Shown piece after piece: positions 38,462 to 50,960 of a DNA stretch of 64,000 bases. The stretch spans positions 35,249,777 through 35,313,776 of the forward strand of contig NC_057718.1 of NCBI RefSeq assembly GCF_004010195.1. Reading direction: 5' to 3'. Each line of letters starts with the position of its first letter. The first letter of the stretch is position 1. The translations under genes were made by a program, and so were the position numbers. The DNA is from Chiloscyllium plagiosum. Its lineage: Eukaryota. The notes under the pieces were generated by a model, which searched no databases, had not been told where the DNA came from, and saw only the letters and a program-made list of their open reading frames with translations.

Positions 38462-39775
38462 ATAAAGTCATAGAGATGTACAGCACGGAAACAGACCCTT
38501 CGGTCCAACCCAGCCATGCCGACCAGATATCCCAACCAAACCTAGTCCCATCTGCCAGCACCTGGCCCATATCCCTCCAAACCCTTCCTATTCATATACC
38601 CATCCAGGTGCCTTTTAAATGTTGCAATTGTATCAGCCTCCATCACTTCCTCTGGCAGCTCATTCCATACACGTACCACCCTCTGTGTGAAAAAGTTGCC
38701 CCTTAGGTCTCTTTTATATCTTTCCCCTCTCACCATAAACCTATGCCCACTAGTTCTGGACTCCCCGACCCCAGGGAAAAGACTTTGTCTATTTATCCTA
38801 TCCATGCCCCTCATAATTTTGTAAACCTCACTAAGGTCACCCCTCAGCCTCCACTGCTCCAGGGAAAACAGCCCCAGCCTATTCAGCCTCTCCTAATAGC
38901 TCAAATCCTCCAACCCTGGCAACATCCTTGTAAATCTTTTCTGAACCCTTTCAGGTTTCACAACATCTTTCCGATGGGAAGGAGNNNNNNNNNNNNNNNN
39001 NNTGAATTAAACTCCGTCTGCCACTTCTCAGCCCATTGGCCCATCTGGTCAAGATCCTGTTGTAATCTGAGGTAACCCTCTTCGCTGTCCACTACACCTC
39101 CAATTTTGGTGTCATCTGCAAACTTTCTAACTGTACCTCTTATGCTCGCATCCAAATCATTTATGTAAATAACAAAACGTAGAGGACTCAGCACTGATCC
39201 TTGTGGCACTACACTGGTCACAGGCCTCCAGTCTGAAAAACAACCCTCCACCACCCACCTCCAAAGGTCTTCTACCTTTGAGCCAGTTCTGTATCCACAT
39301 GGCTAGTTCTCCCTGTATTCTGTGAGGTCTAACCTTGCTAATCAGACTTGCATGGGGAACCTTGTCGAACGTCTGGCTGAAGTCCATATAGATCACATCT
39401 ACTGCTCTGCCCTCATCAATCCTCTTTGTCACTTCTTAAAAAAAACTCAATCAAGTTTGTGAGACATGATTTCCCACGCACAAAGCCATGTTGACTATCC
39501 CTAATCAGTCCTTGCCTTTCTAAATACATGTACATCCTGTCCCTCAGGATTCCCTCCGACCACTTGCCCACCACTGAGGTCAGAGGAGATTCCTGAAGAA
39601 GGGCTTATGCCCGAAACGTCGATTCTCCTGTTCCCTGGATGCTGCCTGACCTGCTGCGCTTTTCCAGCAACACATTTTCACCACTGAGGTCAGGCTCACT
39701 GGTCTATAGTTCGCTGGCTTGTCTTTACCACCCCTCTTAAACAGTGGCACCACATTAGCCAACCTGCAGTCTTCC
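38462..39775 (-). mobile_element. CR1/HER1-like LINE, 5'-truncated, spanning a small N gap
   Basis: ORFs 39580-39762 ([10 protein letters not shown]), 39157-39432, 38958-39254 (FADD) and 38542-38814; colinear with 13577-15040. Confidence 0.95.
39584..39678 (+). mobile_element. PLE-derived mini-insert carrying a hammerhead motif (core 39593-39620)
   Basis: 15-bp TSD caccactgaggtcag (39569-39583 / 39679-39693); near-identical to the reverse complement of 20813-20900. Confidence 0.9.
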
Positions 39776-40234
39776 AGGGAAATTCAATAACTAAACTTCC
39801 AAATCAAAGTCATTGCAAGATTCCTTAAAGAGGTGGATTTTTCAGCATGTTACAAAGCTTGTAGTCTTATTACTAGGAGGTCATGTTTTTGTATTGGCGA
39901 ACTTGAAATGAAACAGATTTGGAAACCTTAGAGAGGTGCAGTCTCCAGTTTTAAGACATCGATGTTGCTGACTTTGTTGCTGCTATTGTTCCTTGCTAGG
40001 TTGATTGCAGACTAAGTGATTTTTCCATGATTCTGGGAGTAATACGATTCATTATTTGTGGTCAGTTGTGGTCAGGTGGCCATCTGATCAATGCTGCTGT
40101 CCACCTCGAATGATTTGAAATTCAAAGTCATTACTATTTTCAAGCAGAGTCAGTGTCACAGACCAAAGATATTAAGCTTTGTATAAGGTCCACAGGATAA
40201 GGTCCAGAGGAGGTGTAGATTTCACAAATCATTT

Positions 40235-40500
40235 ACAGTCATACAACATAGAAACAGGCCCTTTGCTCCACCGTGTCTATGCTGACTAGCAAACACTAAA
40301 CCATATTGATCCCATTTACCAGTACTTGATCGAAAGCCTACCATGCCCTTGCATTTTAAGTGTTCATCCAAATGCTTCTTAAACATTGAGAGTATGGCCA
40401 ACTCCACTACCCTTTCTGGCAGTGTATTCCATATTTTGACCACCCTCTTGCTGATTTTTTTTTCTCTCAGATCTTCTCTGAGTCCCTTACTCCCCACCTT
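40235..40500 (-). mobile_element. CR1 LINE 3' end (older)
   Basis: KRVVKIWNTLPERVVE..MFKKHLDEHLK. Confidence 0.75.
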
Positions 40501-41480
40501 AAAATTTCTGTCAAAACATGTTTTGTTTTGGCATGCCCATTCAAGGGAATCTCTCCACACATGGGCATTTAGTTTGGAAGCCTTGAGAAATCTTGGAGTC
40601 CATTCAGAAATTGCAGAAATCACTTGACCCATGACAGCCATCTTCACATTTATAGGTCCATTTCTAAAAGCAAAAATGTTTCCAAAAAATTCTGTGAACA
40701 TCACATGTCTTCACTGGGCATAGCAACAGTATTGTATGATGGTCCACTGGAAAATATGCCTGTATGGATCTGAGATCCAGGCATGGGTGAGCTTAGATCA
40801 AATGTCAGACAACACATAGCCTGATTGACCAACTTCACCTTAAAGGATTGCATTGGCAAGAGCTGTTCAATTCTCCGGACAGTTTAGTTTTGTTCTTGTT
40901 TAAGGCACTAGTACAGGAAATGGAGCATGTGCCCTTTCAGCTCACCACTTCTCATTGTCCAAGGCAATCTCTTCTACCAGCTGTAGTTCAGTGCACTCCT
41001 TCACCTTGGTATACTGAATTCACTGCTCATGATGTGTCTCCTCCACACCAGCGAGACTAAACACAGACTGGGTGACCACTTTACACAGCACCTCCATTAA
41101 GTCTGTAAGCAGCATCCCAAGATTGTGTTCATCAGGTTTTGGTCAGAATCCTAGCTTCAGGTTTTATTTTTTTCCCCCAATTTTTCTTCACCTTTATCTT
41201 GGTTAGTTAATCTTCATCCTGTTTCTTTCTTAGACACTTCTTGTTTTGTGCAGCAATTCTTTGTTTCTTCACTATTACCATTAGCATTCTATTTGGCCAT
41301 TGCTTCATGAAATCGTCTGTGAGTAATCTACCCTGGTCTCCATTCTATCACAGATCTTTTCTTTTCTTCTTCATGCCTGAAACCCTTTCAAGGTCTTAAA
41401 AATTCTTTAACTGTTATTTCTCTCCAGTTCTGATAACAGGCTGTTGGCTTGAAGCCTTAACTCTGTTTCTCTATAAAGCA

Positions 41481-42641
41481 CGAGTTAAAACAATGACTGC
41501 AGATGCTGGAAACCAGATTCTAGATCAGTGGTGCTGGAAGAGCACAGCAATTCAGGCAGCATCCGAGGACAGGCAAAATCGACGTTTCGGGCAAAAGCCC
41601 TTCATCAGGAATAAAGGCAGAGAGCCTGAAGCGTGGAGAGATAAGCTAGAGGAGAGTGGGGGTGGGGAGAGAGTAGCATAGAGTACAATAGGTCAGTGGG
41701 GAAGGAGATGAAGGTGATAGGTCAGGGAGGAGAGGGGGGAGNNNNNNNNNNNNNNNNNNNNNNNNNNNNNNNNNNNNNNNNNNNNNNNNNNNNNNNNNNN
41801 NNNNNNNNNNNNNNNNNNNNNNNNNNNNNNNNNNNNNNNNNNNNNNNNNNNNNNNNNNNNNNNNNNNNNNNNNNNNNNNNNNNNNNNNNNNNNNNNNNNN
41901 NNNNNNNNNNNNNNNNNNNNNNNNNNNNNNNNNNNNNNNNNNNNNNNNNNNNNNNNNNNNNNNNNNNNNNNNNNNNNNNNNNNNNNNNNNNNNNNNNNNN
42001 NNNNNNNNNNNNNNNNNNNNNNNNNNNNNNNNNNNNNNNNNNNNNNNNNNNNNNNNNNNNNNNNNNNNNNNNNNNNNNNNNNNNNNNNNNNNNNNNNNNN
42101 NNNNNNNNNNNNNNNNNNNNNNNNNNNNNNNNNNNNNNNNNNNNNNNNNNNNNNNNNNNNNNNNNNNNNNNNNNNNNNNNNNNNNNNNNNNNNNNNNNNN
42201 NNNNNNNNNNNNNNNNNNNNNNNNNNNNNNNNNNNNNNNNNNNNNNNNNNNNNNNNNNNNNNNNNNNNNNNNNNNNNNNNNNNNNNNNNNNNGACGAGAT
42301 GTGTTGGAGGGCATCTTTAACCACGTGGGAAGGGAAATTGCTGTCTCTAAAGAAGGAGGCCATCTGGTGTTTTCTGTGTGGAACTGGTCCTCCTGGGAGC
42401 AGATCCGGCGGAGGCGGAGGAATTGGGAATACGGGATGGCATTTTTGCAAGAGGTAGGGTGGGAAGAGGTGTAATCCAGGTAGCTGTGGGAGTCGGTGGG
42501 TTTGTATAAAATGTCAGTGTCAAGTCGGTCGTCACTGATGGAGATGGAGAGGTCCAGGAAGGGGAGGGAGGTGTCAGAGATGGTCCAGGTAAATTTAAGG
42601 TCAGGGTGGAATGTGTTGGTGATTTTGCCTGTCCTCGGATG
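41481..42641 (-). mobile_element. PLE (RT C-term, gap, pLTR with hammerhead core 41581-41608)
   Basis: TNTFHPDLKFTWTISDTSLPFLDLSISISDDRLDTDILYKPTDSHSYLDYTSSHP..AIPYSQFLRLRRICS; pLTR matches 4036-4250; 14-bp TSD ttctctataaagca (41467-41480 / 42642-42655). Confidence 0.92.
41742..42292. other. Assembly gap (N run); a second, small gap lies at 38985-39002
   Basis: N characters. Confidence 1.
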
Positions 42642-45227
42642 TTCTCTATAAAGCATGCTGTCTGATGTTCTGAGTTTCTTCGCAGTGTGTTTTGTTCCTG
42701 GTACATCCAAAGATAGCCTCTCTGAAATCTGCACCACCAGCTACCAAGCACAGGGAATATGTGCAATTCAGAAATCTTGCATTTCATAGCATTATATCTA
42801 TTCCTCAATTTTAACGAAACTGAGTAAAACATATTAAACCAATAGTAGAAAACAAGCATTCATTCTGCTTATTGTCTTGGTGACTCTTGATAGGATTCTC
42901 CATATGGAAAATACACACAAGCAGTTTCAAATAAAGACTTTAAAACTTCCACCATCCCACGCCCATACCTTCATCCCACTCAGCTTCTGCAGAAACTTAA
43001 AATTTGCGTCATTTTGTTCTCCTCTTTGCAATCCAGAGTTCAAGTCTTTTCCACACCAACAGAGTGAAGATACCACCCTTGGTGACATTTACACCAGTGA
43101 CCCAGAGGCTGGACTGTCATCCACTTATCCCACACCCTCCACCAGTGTGGGTACATCCACCTGGGTCACACATTTGGAATCGCGTCCATATATCTGTAAG
43201 GGCAGCTCAGTGGCTTTGCATATGCTCAGAGAGGCTGTGAAAACCAAGGTCGCAGACACTCAGAGAATTGCTGGGGAACAGGCACATCGATAATGGGCTT
43301 CAGATTTTAGCACGTAATGTCAGCTAAAGATGCAGCAAACCTTAGGAAAATAATGTGACAGGGATGTTGGGGATAGGTATTTATGTATACAGTGGAGGAG
43401 TCTATGTTCACCAAGAGTTGTGTCTTGGTATATGAGCATCTGACCTGCTCCGTGGAGAGATTAAAGATTACCATTGAGAGAGTAGTCACACATTAAACCA
43501 ATATGTGCTCCAAAATGCACTCTGATGTTCTTGACATTGACTCCAAGCAGCAGTGGCTAGGCAAGTTGGGGATGAGGCACATGAAACTCACATCATGCTG
43601 TCCTTCTTCTCAGGGAGACATGGAGGCATCATTCTGTACCTAGATGGAGGAGAGGCTTATGGTAATTGCCCACAAGGTAGTGCCCAAGGTGACCATCCTC
43701 GGCCCATCCTCTCTACCATTGACCCCACTGCCTCCGGGTTTACGTACATTAACTGGGACCCTCAAAGCCTTAGACTTCCAGAAGATTCAAACTGTTCAGC
43801 ATCTATGTAGCCTGAGATTGATTAGTTACAGATACTGTTTGGCTCCTGTATTCCATTGTCCTGGTGAGATAACTGAAGAATTAATTAGTTCAACTGACTT
43901 ACCTCCACTGTCATGAAGTTTACCAGCTATAAATATAAGCCACCTTTTGGAAAAGCAGGAGGCAATGGGAACATATTGGCATATCTATGAATCCCCAGCT
44001 TTCAACTTGACTTCATAGGAAAATTTCTTTTAAACTCAAGAATGTACATGGTAACAGATTTGCATGAAAAAAATTGTTTCTCAGTGAATACATTTACAAT
44101 ATCAAGAATTTCAAGGCCCAAGGACAAATAAAAAAAAATCAATGGGTTTGAATCTGAGCAATTGAAAACTTCAGAAAACTACAAAGGATACATAGAAGAG
44201 GTTAAAATGCATAAATAACTTTGTTGAGCGTGCAGTACATTCATAACAACATGGAAACACATTGCAATTATTTCTATCACTTTGTGTGTTCAGTCAATGC
44301 AATGCAATGAAATTCTCAAATACTTTGATATTGATGCCCTATTTTCCTTGAGTTAGTTCCTTATTCATTCACCCACTCAAATTTGCACTGAAACAAGAAT
44401 GTCAGGGCCAGATGGATTGCGCTGAGCTAGGAATCTGAACTGGAATCTGATTACCTGGCTCCAGACAATAACACCACCAAGACAGTTGCCATTGAAATTC
44501 TGAAACCTTAGTTGCCATTATTGTTGATTTCAAATATTCACTTCCACATTAATCACAATCTTGATTGCTATAGAACTTCAGATCTGCATTCAGGGCATTG
44601 TTAGACCATGCGATTAGTAGAAATGAAAGATTCAATTCATTGATGTATTGTGTAGTCATGCATGACACTGTTACCACACCAGGACATTTGATACTTCACA
44701 CATCTTCATATACTCTTTATATATTGTGTAGCTTCTTATCTAGGACATAATCTTAAATTAGAGCTAGGCCAATTAGAAATCTCCCCCTGGGATTCTTGGT
44801 GCCACATCATCTTTAAATCCCAGCCATGGACCTTGATTAAGTGCTGGTAGTGAGCAGCTACCCTGTACAGTTCCTGTTAATTCACCCAAGCATGTTGGAC
44901 AGGAGTAAATTGGCACCCAGTTTGCCAATAAGGGCCTGAAGGTCCTGGTGGATGGGGGCGTATATATCATAATTGCTCATGGAGCATGCCCTGAGATGAT
45001 GGTGATTGATGGAGGGCAAGTGATGAGCTGAGCTGCCAGATCACTGCTCTGACTTCCAGGTTGGGAATTGACACCATCCACTGTCTTTACAGCAGGTAGG
45101 AGAACAAGAAAATGTATATCAATAAAGCTTAATACATTATAATGAGGATGTTACTACATGGAAATAGATCGCTCACCACTTACTAATGAAAATTTAATTT
45201 TGCCTTTCAACACTTAATTAGAAAATG

Positions 45228-45425
45228 GGATGGTGATGACCTGGTGGAATAGTCACTGGACTAACAATCAAGGGACCTGGGTAATGTTCTAGGAGCCTGA
45301 GTTTGAATCTCACCACAGCAGATGGTGGAATTAGAATTCAATGAAAAGATTACAGATCACTGTGAGATGATTGTTATGAAAACCCATTTAATTCACTTTA
45401 GAGAAGGAAATTTGCTGTCCTTATT
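45228..45425 (+). mobile_element. tRNA-derived SINE, second family (5' part)
   Basis: ggtggaatagtcactggactaac..gtttgaatctcaccacagcagatggtggaattagaattcaa. Confidence 0.65.
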
Positions 45426-45559
45426 TGTGGGAGAAATTGGGAGAACAAAAAGAAAGTCATTGTAGAAGAAAAGGAAAATATTATTGTTTTCCATGGTTAT
45501 ACAAAATATTTCAGATTTAAATGAATATCATGGTGGACCCTTCATTGTTCTGATAAATT

Positions 45560-46030
45560 ATTGAGTTGTTAGCAATTTCATTATATTCTGTGGGTCTTTG
45601 CATAATTGAAGACCAACGGTGAATTGGCACAGATCTCCACAAAACAGGCAACTCATCTTGGTGCGAAGGGGAGCCTTCATTAACTATGCCTTCTCCAGCT
45701 TTCCTCAGGGATGTTGGGATTTGGCAGACATTGACTTTGAAAGATGTTGGACAAAATTTCAGTAATTGAGCTCGTAAGATAAAATGCTTTTCCAGGATCG
45801 GTGTCTGCAATGCATAGGTTTTTCGGGTGTAGTTGTATCCTGTGCATTGAACACCTTGTTGTTTCCCTGAAGTAGTTCACTACAGAAGATCTGTGCCACA
45901 GATCTGGTCAATGCTATTGAACGCAACACACTGAAGAATCTCATTGTGATTTTGTTCTGCCATCAAACTCTCATGATGGACCTTTGTTGTCTTTGGTGGA
46001 AGCATTCCAGAGTCTTGATGTGGCACCTAT
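45560..46030 (-). mobile_element. Decayed RTE-clade LINE 3' region
   Basis: Minus frame CHIKTLECFHQRQQRSIMRV*WQNKIT; shares ctttggtggaagcattccagag with 10626-10647. Confidence 0.65.
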
Positions 46031-46999
46031 ATCAGACTCTATGTCATACAGCACAGCAGTAAGGACTATGATCTTTACCAATGAGTATACTTATAATGCA
46101 GGGAAACCAAATTATCAGCAATAATGCAAGTATGCACAACAATGTTTGCTGTTGATTTGCATATGGGCTATATATCATTAGCTACCTCTTTGATGTTTTT
46201 AAAATGAATTATTGATCTTTAGTGGAACTGTTCAATCAAAGAAGGTGGAGGGCTGGAGCATGGAGTTGTGGGTTATTCAGATTAGGCTTGAGCCAAATGT
46301 TTTGGAGAAAGGATTGGCTGGAAGACAGTGAACACTGAATTATCTAGAAGCAATTATTCTTTCTGAGCTTGGTACATTCTTACCCCTGTATGACCTGTGC
46401 AAAGCAGCATAATTAAAAACAAATCTCCAAGAACCTGAGGTATGAATTGTCTCAGTGTTTAACAGAAGCTGAAATTCAATGAGATATGGAGCAATGCCAA
46501 AATCATTACTTTCCCTTTGAATTTAAAAGGTATTGGAAAAGTATCCCTTATTTCAATGGGCTATTTCTGGCACTAATCCATAGACTTAACAAATCGGTCC
46601 ACTTTGAAGCCAAATCACTTCTGTGGTGCAAATCAAGTTTCAGTGATTGATAGATACAGGGGCAGATTTGGCACGAACCTTGCCATCGATGTGAAAATTG
46701 AATCTAAAAATCAAAAACATCACTTAACTTGCATTACTTCTTTAACTTTCTTTTCTAAAATTTTCAGAATTGTGTAATGCCTGCCATGCCTCTTACTTTG
46801 GGTAAAATTCATTTTCATGTGATTGGCCCTGAAGCTTTTGCCCTTCACCCATTGGCTGACGTCATTCCTTGGCCAACACAACATTGTTTACCGAAACGAT
46901 TTTTCACCTGAATCGTAGCTTTCATCACAGAAGATGAACAGATACTTTAAAATATAACACACATCGACTTACTTTTGAAGTCATTGACAATGGCAAATA

Positions 47000-47560
47000 C
47001 ATGCATATGATCCATTCTTATATATGTGGAATACTCTTCAAAGTACATGTCCAAGTGCCTTTTGAAAGCTCTGAAATCTGTTTCTACCACTCTTCCAGAG
47101 AATGCATTTCATACCTTAACAATGAACAATTCTCCATGTGAAAAGAATCTTCTAATTTATTTAGTTCTTAGACCAATGATTTAAAATCGCAAACCGTTTT
47201 GTTCCCAATCCATTTTCTGGAGGTAGCATCTTTATCCGCCTTGCTCTATCAAATGTCTGATTAACTCCTCTAGTTCTCACTTTAATCAGCCATTCAAGGG
47301 AGAGTAATCTTAACTTACCCAGACCTACCAATTCACTAATGTCCCTCATTTCCGATATCAACTAACACTGTACTTCTGTATTTTTGCCAAGGTAATTGAC
47401 ATCCTTTCTAAAATGGGGTGTCCAGAATTGTACATCATACTCCAGCTGAGGCCTTGTAATTTGAAAAGATTGATCATAATTTCCTTGCTTTCCATTTCAA
47501 TATTCCTTCCTATTTACAAAGCTAGGTATTCCCAATGCCTTCTCTACTTGACTAGCTACC
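47000..47560 (-). mobile_element. Old CR1 LINE 3' region
   Basis: ccaagtgccttttgaaag; tgtccagaattgtacatcatactccagctgagg. Confidence 0.55.
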
Positions 47561-48424
47561 ATCAAATATACATATCTTAGTGCATTCATTGCTTTTTTTA
47601 AAAGATCGTGTGCATATACAACTGTGCTTTGAGTTGGCCACATAGTTGGCAAACTGCACCCATTCCCAGTTGCAGTAGAAGTCCCAACTTGAAAATATTT
47701 TTATAATAGCTGTGTGGATAGGTTATGAACAACATGTGTGATACTTTTGCCAGGATTCCAATCTCAACAAAAATTATCCTTATTTTGTTGCTAATATATT
47801 TTTACATAATTGCATTATATGTGGGAGTTGGCTAGAACAGGGAACATCTTGAGTTAATCTATCAATCTCATATTAATCTTACAAAACATGCCACAAAATT
47901 GAAAAGTTAATTAAAGTCAATGTTAAATAGATAAGAATATTGCCTTTGCACCAGACTAATTATCCAACTAAGGGCAAGCAATTGCTATTATACACCTCTT
48001 TTATGTTATTATGACAATGGATCAGAACCCCAAAGTATTTATCTTTTTTTGACATTTAATTCCAAAATTGTTGTTTTAAAAGGAGGACTGCTACACAAGA
48101 CTGAAGAATTAAAATCAGCAATTATGTGAAGCGCATGAAATGTTCCACATGTAAGGAAGATGACGTAGTAAGAAGGGAAATTGAAGAGGCTATTTATATC
48201 TCCCCTCTCAGCAGAAAGCCATCTCCTGCACACATGTCTGCTTTACCATCCAGAAATCTATAGAAAAAAGAAAAGAGATTTTAAAAATATGTATCAACTC
48301 CATTGGCAGAGACAAGTGAGATTGAGTTCTCTTGTCTGTGTAACTGACAATTCTCCATGTGAAAAGAATCTTCTAACTTATTTGTCTTGCTTGGATTCAA
48401 GAATTGGTGACTGTGAATATCCCA

Positions 48425-48540
48425 GTTGATGAAGGGATGTCATTTCTCCTGCTTCTCGGATGCTGCCTGACCTTCTGTGCTTTTCCAGTGCCAGGCTTTT
48501 CAACTCTGATATCCAGCATCTCCAGTCCTCACTGTCTCCC
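48425..48540 (+). mobile_element. Degenerate PLE pLTR fragment
   Basis: tgatgaaggg..tctcctgcttctcggatgctgcctgacc..ccagcatctccagtcctcactgtctcc. Confidence 0.7.
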
Positions 48541-50614
48541 CGTGGAAGGAGTATCCCTTAGGTACCTCTGTGTTGCAGGCAAAGATAATCTCTCACTGCA
48601 AATGCTGCAAGCCAGCTGAAAAAAAGAACCAGGAGAAAGGAACTTCAATCAGCCTACAAAACCAATAATCTCAAAAATCATCTGTCTACCTGCCACTCTC
48701 AACATTACTGTCTATTGCAACAACTGTAACATTCAACGCTATGCTGTTCATGAATAATTTATAGACTGACCCCTAGAACTATGATTTTTAATTTTTTTCA
48801 TTTTAGGCTCACCTCTCATTATATGTGCATTGAATTACTAGCTCTTCTCACATTTAACAATGAATAAACTCACCTCTTTTGTTAATCAAGTAAGTGTTGG
48901 TAACTTGGCTTCTTTCAAAATAAAAGTAATTTGTGGAACAAAGGTATCTGCAAGAGAAGGGATCCTTTCCAAATTAACCTTGTTGCAACTGACTAGGGGG
49001 AGGGGTGATGAAGGTTGGGAGGTAGGGATTGGCTGAATATAGAAGGGGAGCCAGTTCACCTCCCTGCACCTGGGAGTTTGATCATTTGGAATATTCCTGC
49101 CTGGAACTGGAATGAACTATGCCCAGGGTGCTGTAGCAATGTTTATTTTTGTTTATCCAGTTTCTTCACCATTTGCCGCATCTCTGAAAACAGGTTGAAT
49201 TTTACACCAGTTAGGGTGCCAGGCAATCCACAGCCTGTCTACCATCACAATTCTATGAAAATAATGTCACTGAGCAACTAGTATCCAAATTAGGGCCACA
49301 TCCTACAACCACCCAGATTTAACAGTTAGCAAGAGATGCCTACACCCATCATACAGTCCAGCATGTTTAATCTGCAGGCTGCTGGTTGGTGAAAGGAGGT
49401 GGTCCTTGTGCCCAATCAAGAATTTGCACACTCACAATTTTGCATCTCCACATCCACACTGCCCTCTCCAACATGGTTCCCTAAAACCACCTTGCCGAGC
49501 CTACCAAAACAACCTGATGAATTCCTGCACTTACCAGGATTGAGGGCCACCCATGATTCCTTTCATCCCACATCTCCCATAATACCAGCAATGGCCACCA
49601 TTCCTGGTGAAGTGTGGAGCTGCTGACTCCCTATTATAAATGTTTGGAAGTCCTGCCTCATACCAATTAAAGAGCCTAAAATGTTAAAGCAGAGCAAGCT
49701 GACCATGTGGACGTTGGCTTACCCCCAAAATATATGACCTGGTGCCACAATCAATGCCTGGAAATTAGTCCATAGCATTCATTGACATTGAGGATTTCAC
49801 CTAGAAACCATGAGGCAGAATTACTTGTTTGGATCAGGACTCTGATATCAGTGTCAAATCAGAATTCGGATGCATGAGGGTTTCACAAACAGTGCTTAGA
49901 TGTGCTCATGTTAAAAAAAAATGCATTCAATATATTCTCTTTGAAAGCAACTTTCTCTTCTATCTCATAAGAATTCAATCAAACAACCAGGAAAAATCAC
50001 ATTGAAGAATGTTTTGATATTTCACACCTCTTAGTCTTGTCTAAATCGGCAGATATTCAAAGAATGATTGCATTGTTACAATCTCATCAAACTGTCAATG
50101 GAACTAAACCAGCCCTACCCTTTGCAGATATAAAGACTGAGTCCATTAATCATTACAAAAACTCAGTCAGACATTTGTAGTGAGGTCATCTGGCAAACAG
50201 GTGTCAGGCCATTTGTTCAGTCCACTTCTGTTGATATAGTTGTTAGATGACCTCATTATGAATTATATCTATTTATTTCACAAAACATTTCAACACCTTC
50301 TGAAAGTTTCTTTCAGGTTCCTCACTCCATACTAAACCCATACTTCATAACTCTTCTCAGGAATCATGTAGGACTTGTCCTGCAAAGACCAGGCCAATTC
50401 CATTAAAAGTGTGAAGACATTGAAGTAACCACCATCGCAACAATCAGCAAAGTTTTAAGTGCTGCATGTGAGCTTTTGAGGAAGGGATATTCCATTACAT
50501 TCAATTATTCATTACATCTTTGATTAAAGGTTATATTCCTGTTCTATAATCAATGCTAAATCAGCTGATCTATAATTCCCTTAACTTGTACTACCTCCCT
50601 CTTTTAAATAGAAA

Positions 50615-50960
50615 GGGGTAGCATGGTGGCTCAGTGGTTAGCACTGCTGCCTCATGTTACCTGGGTTCAAATCCATCCTTGGGCAACAGTCTGTGTGGCG
50701 TCTGCACATTTTTCCCCATGTCTCTGTGGTTTCTCCAGATGCTCTGATTTCCTCCCACAGTTCAAAAATGTGCAGGTTAGGTGGATTGGCCATGTTAAAT
50801 TGCCGATAATGTCCAGGGATGTGTGGGTTAGGTGGATTAGCCATGGGAAATGGAGGGTTACAGAAATAGTGTAGTGGGTGGGTCTGGGTAGGATGTTCTT
50901 TCGTGGGTTAGTGTAGACTCAATGGGCTGAATGGCCTGCTTCCATCCTGCAGGGATTCAA
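50615..50960 (+). mobile_element. HE1-type SINE
   Basis: atggtggctcagtggttagcactgctgcctcat..gggttcaaatcc..gtggattggccatgttaaattgcc. Confidence 0.85.

Larger units (their letters stand above)
40930..42700 (+). mobile_element. Old PLE remnant (GIY-YIG 40930-41110; pLTR 41410-41480 resuming at 42656-42700), interrupted by a younger PLE
   Basis: Degenerate LVY*IHCS*C..SETKHRLGDHFTQHL; tail ctgataacagg..ttgaagccttaactctgtttctct|..atgctgtctgatgttctgagttt. Confidence 0.55.

Noticed and set aside
38985..39002. Apparent ~280-bp deletion in the CR1 copy relative to 14104-14381
   Set aside because: It coincides with an N gap, so it is likely a gap-size underestimate.
41646..42737. Long ORFs of 242-363 aa
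   Set aside because: They are inflated by the N gap; the real part is a PLE RT fragment.
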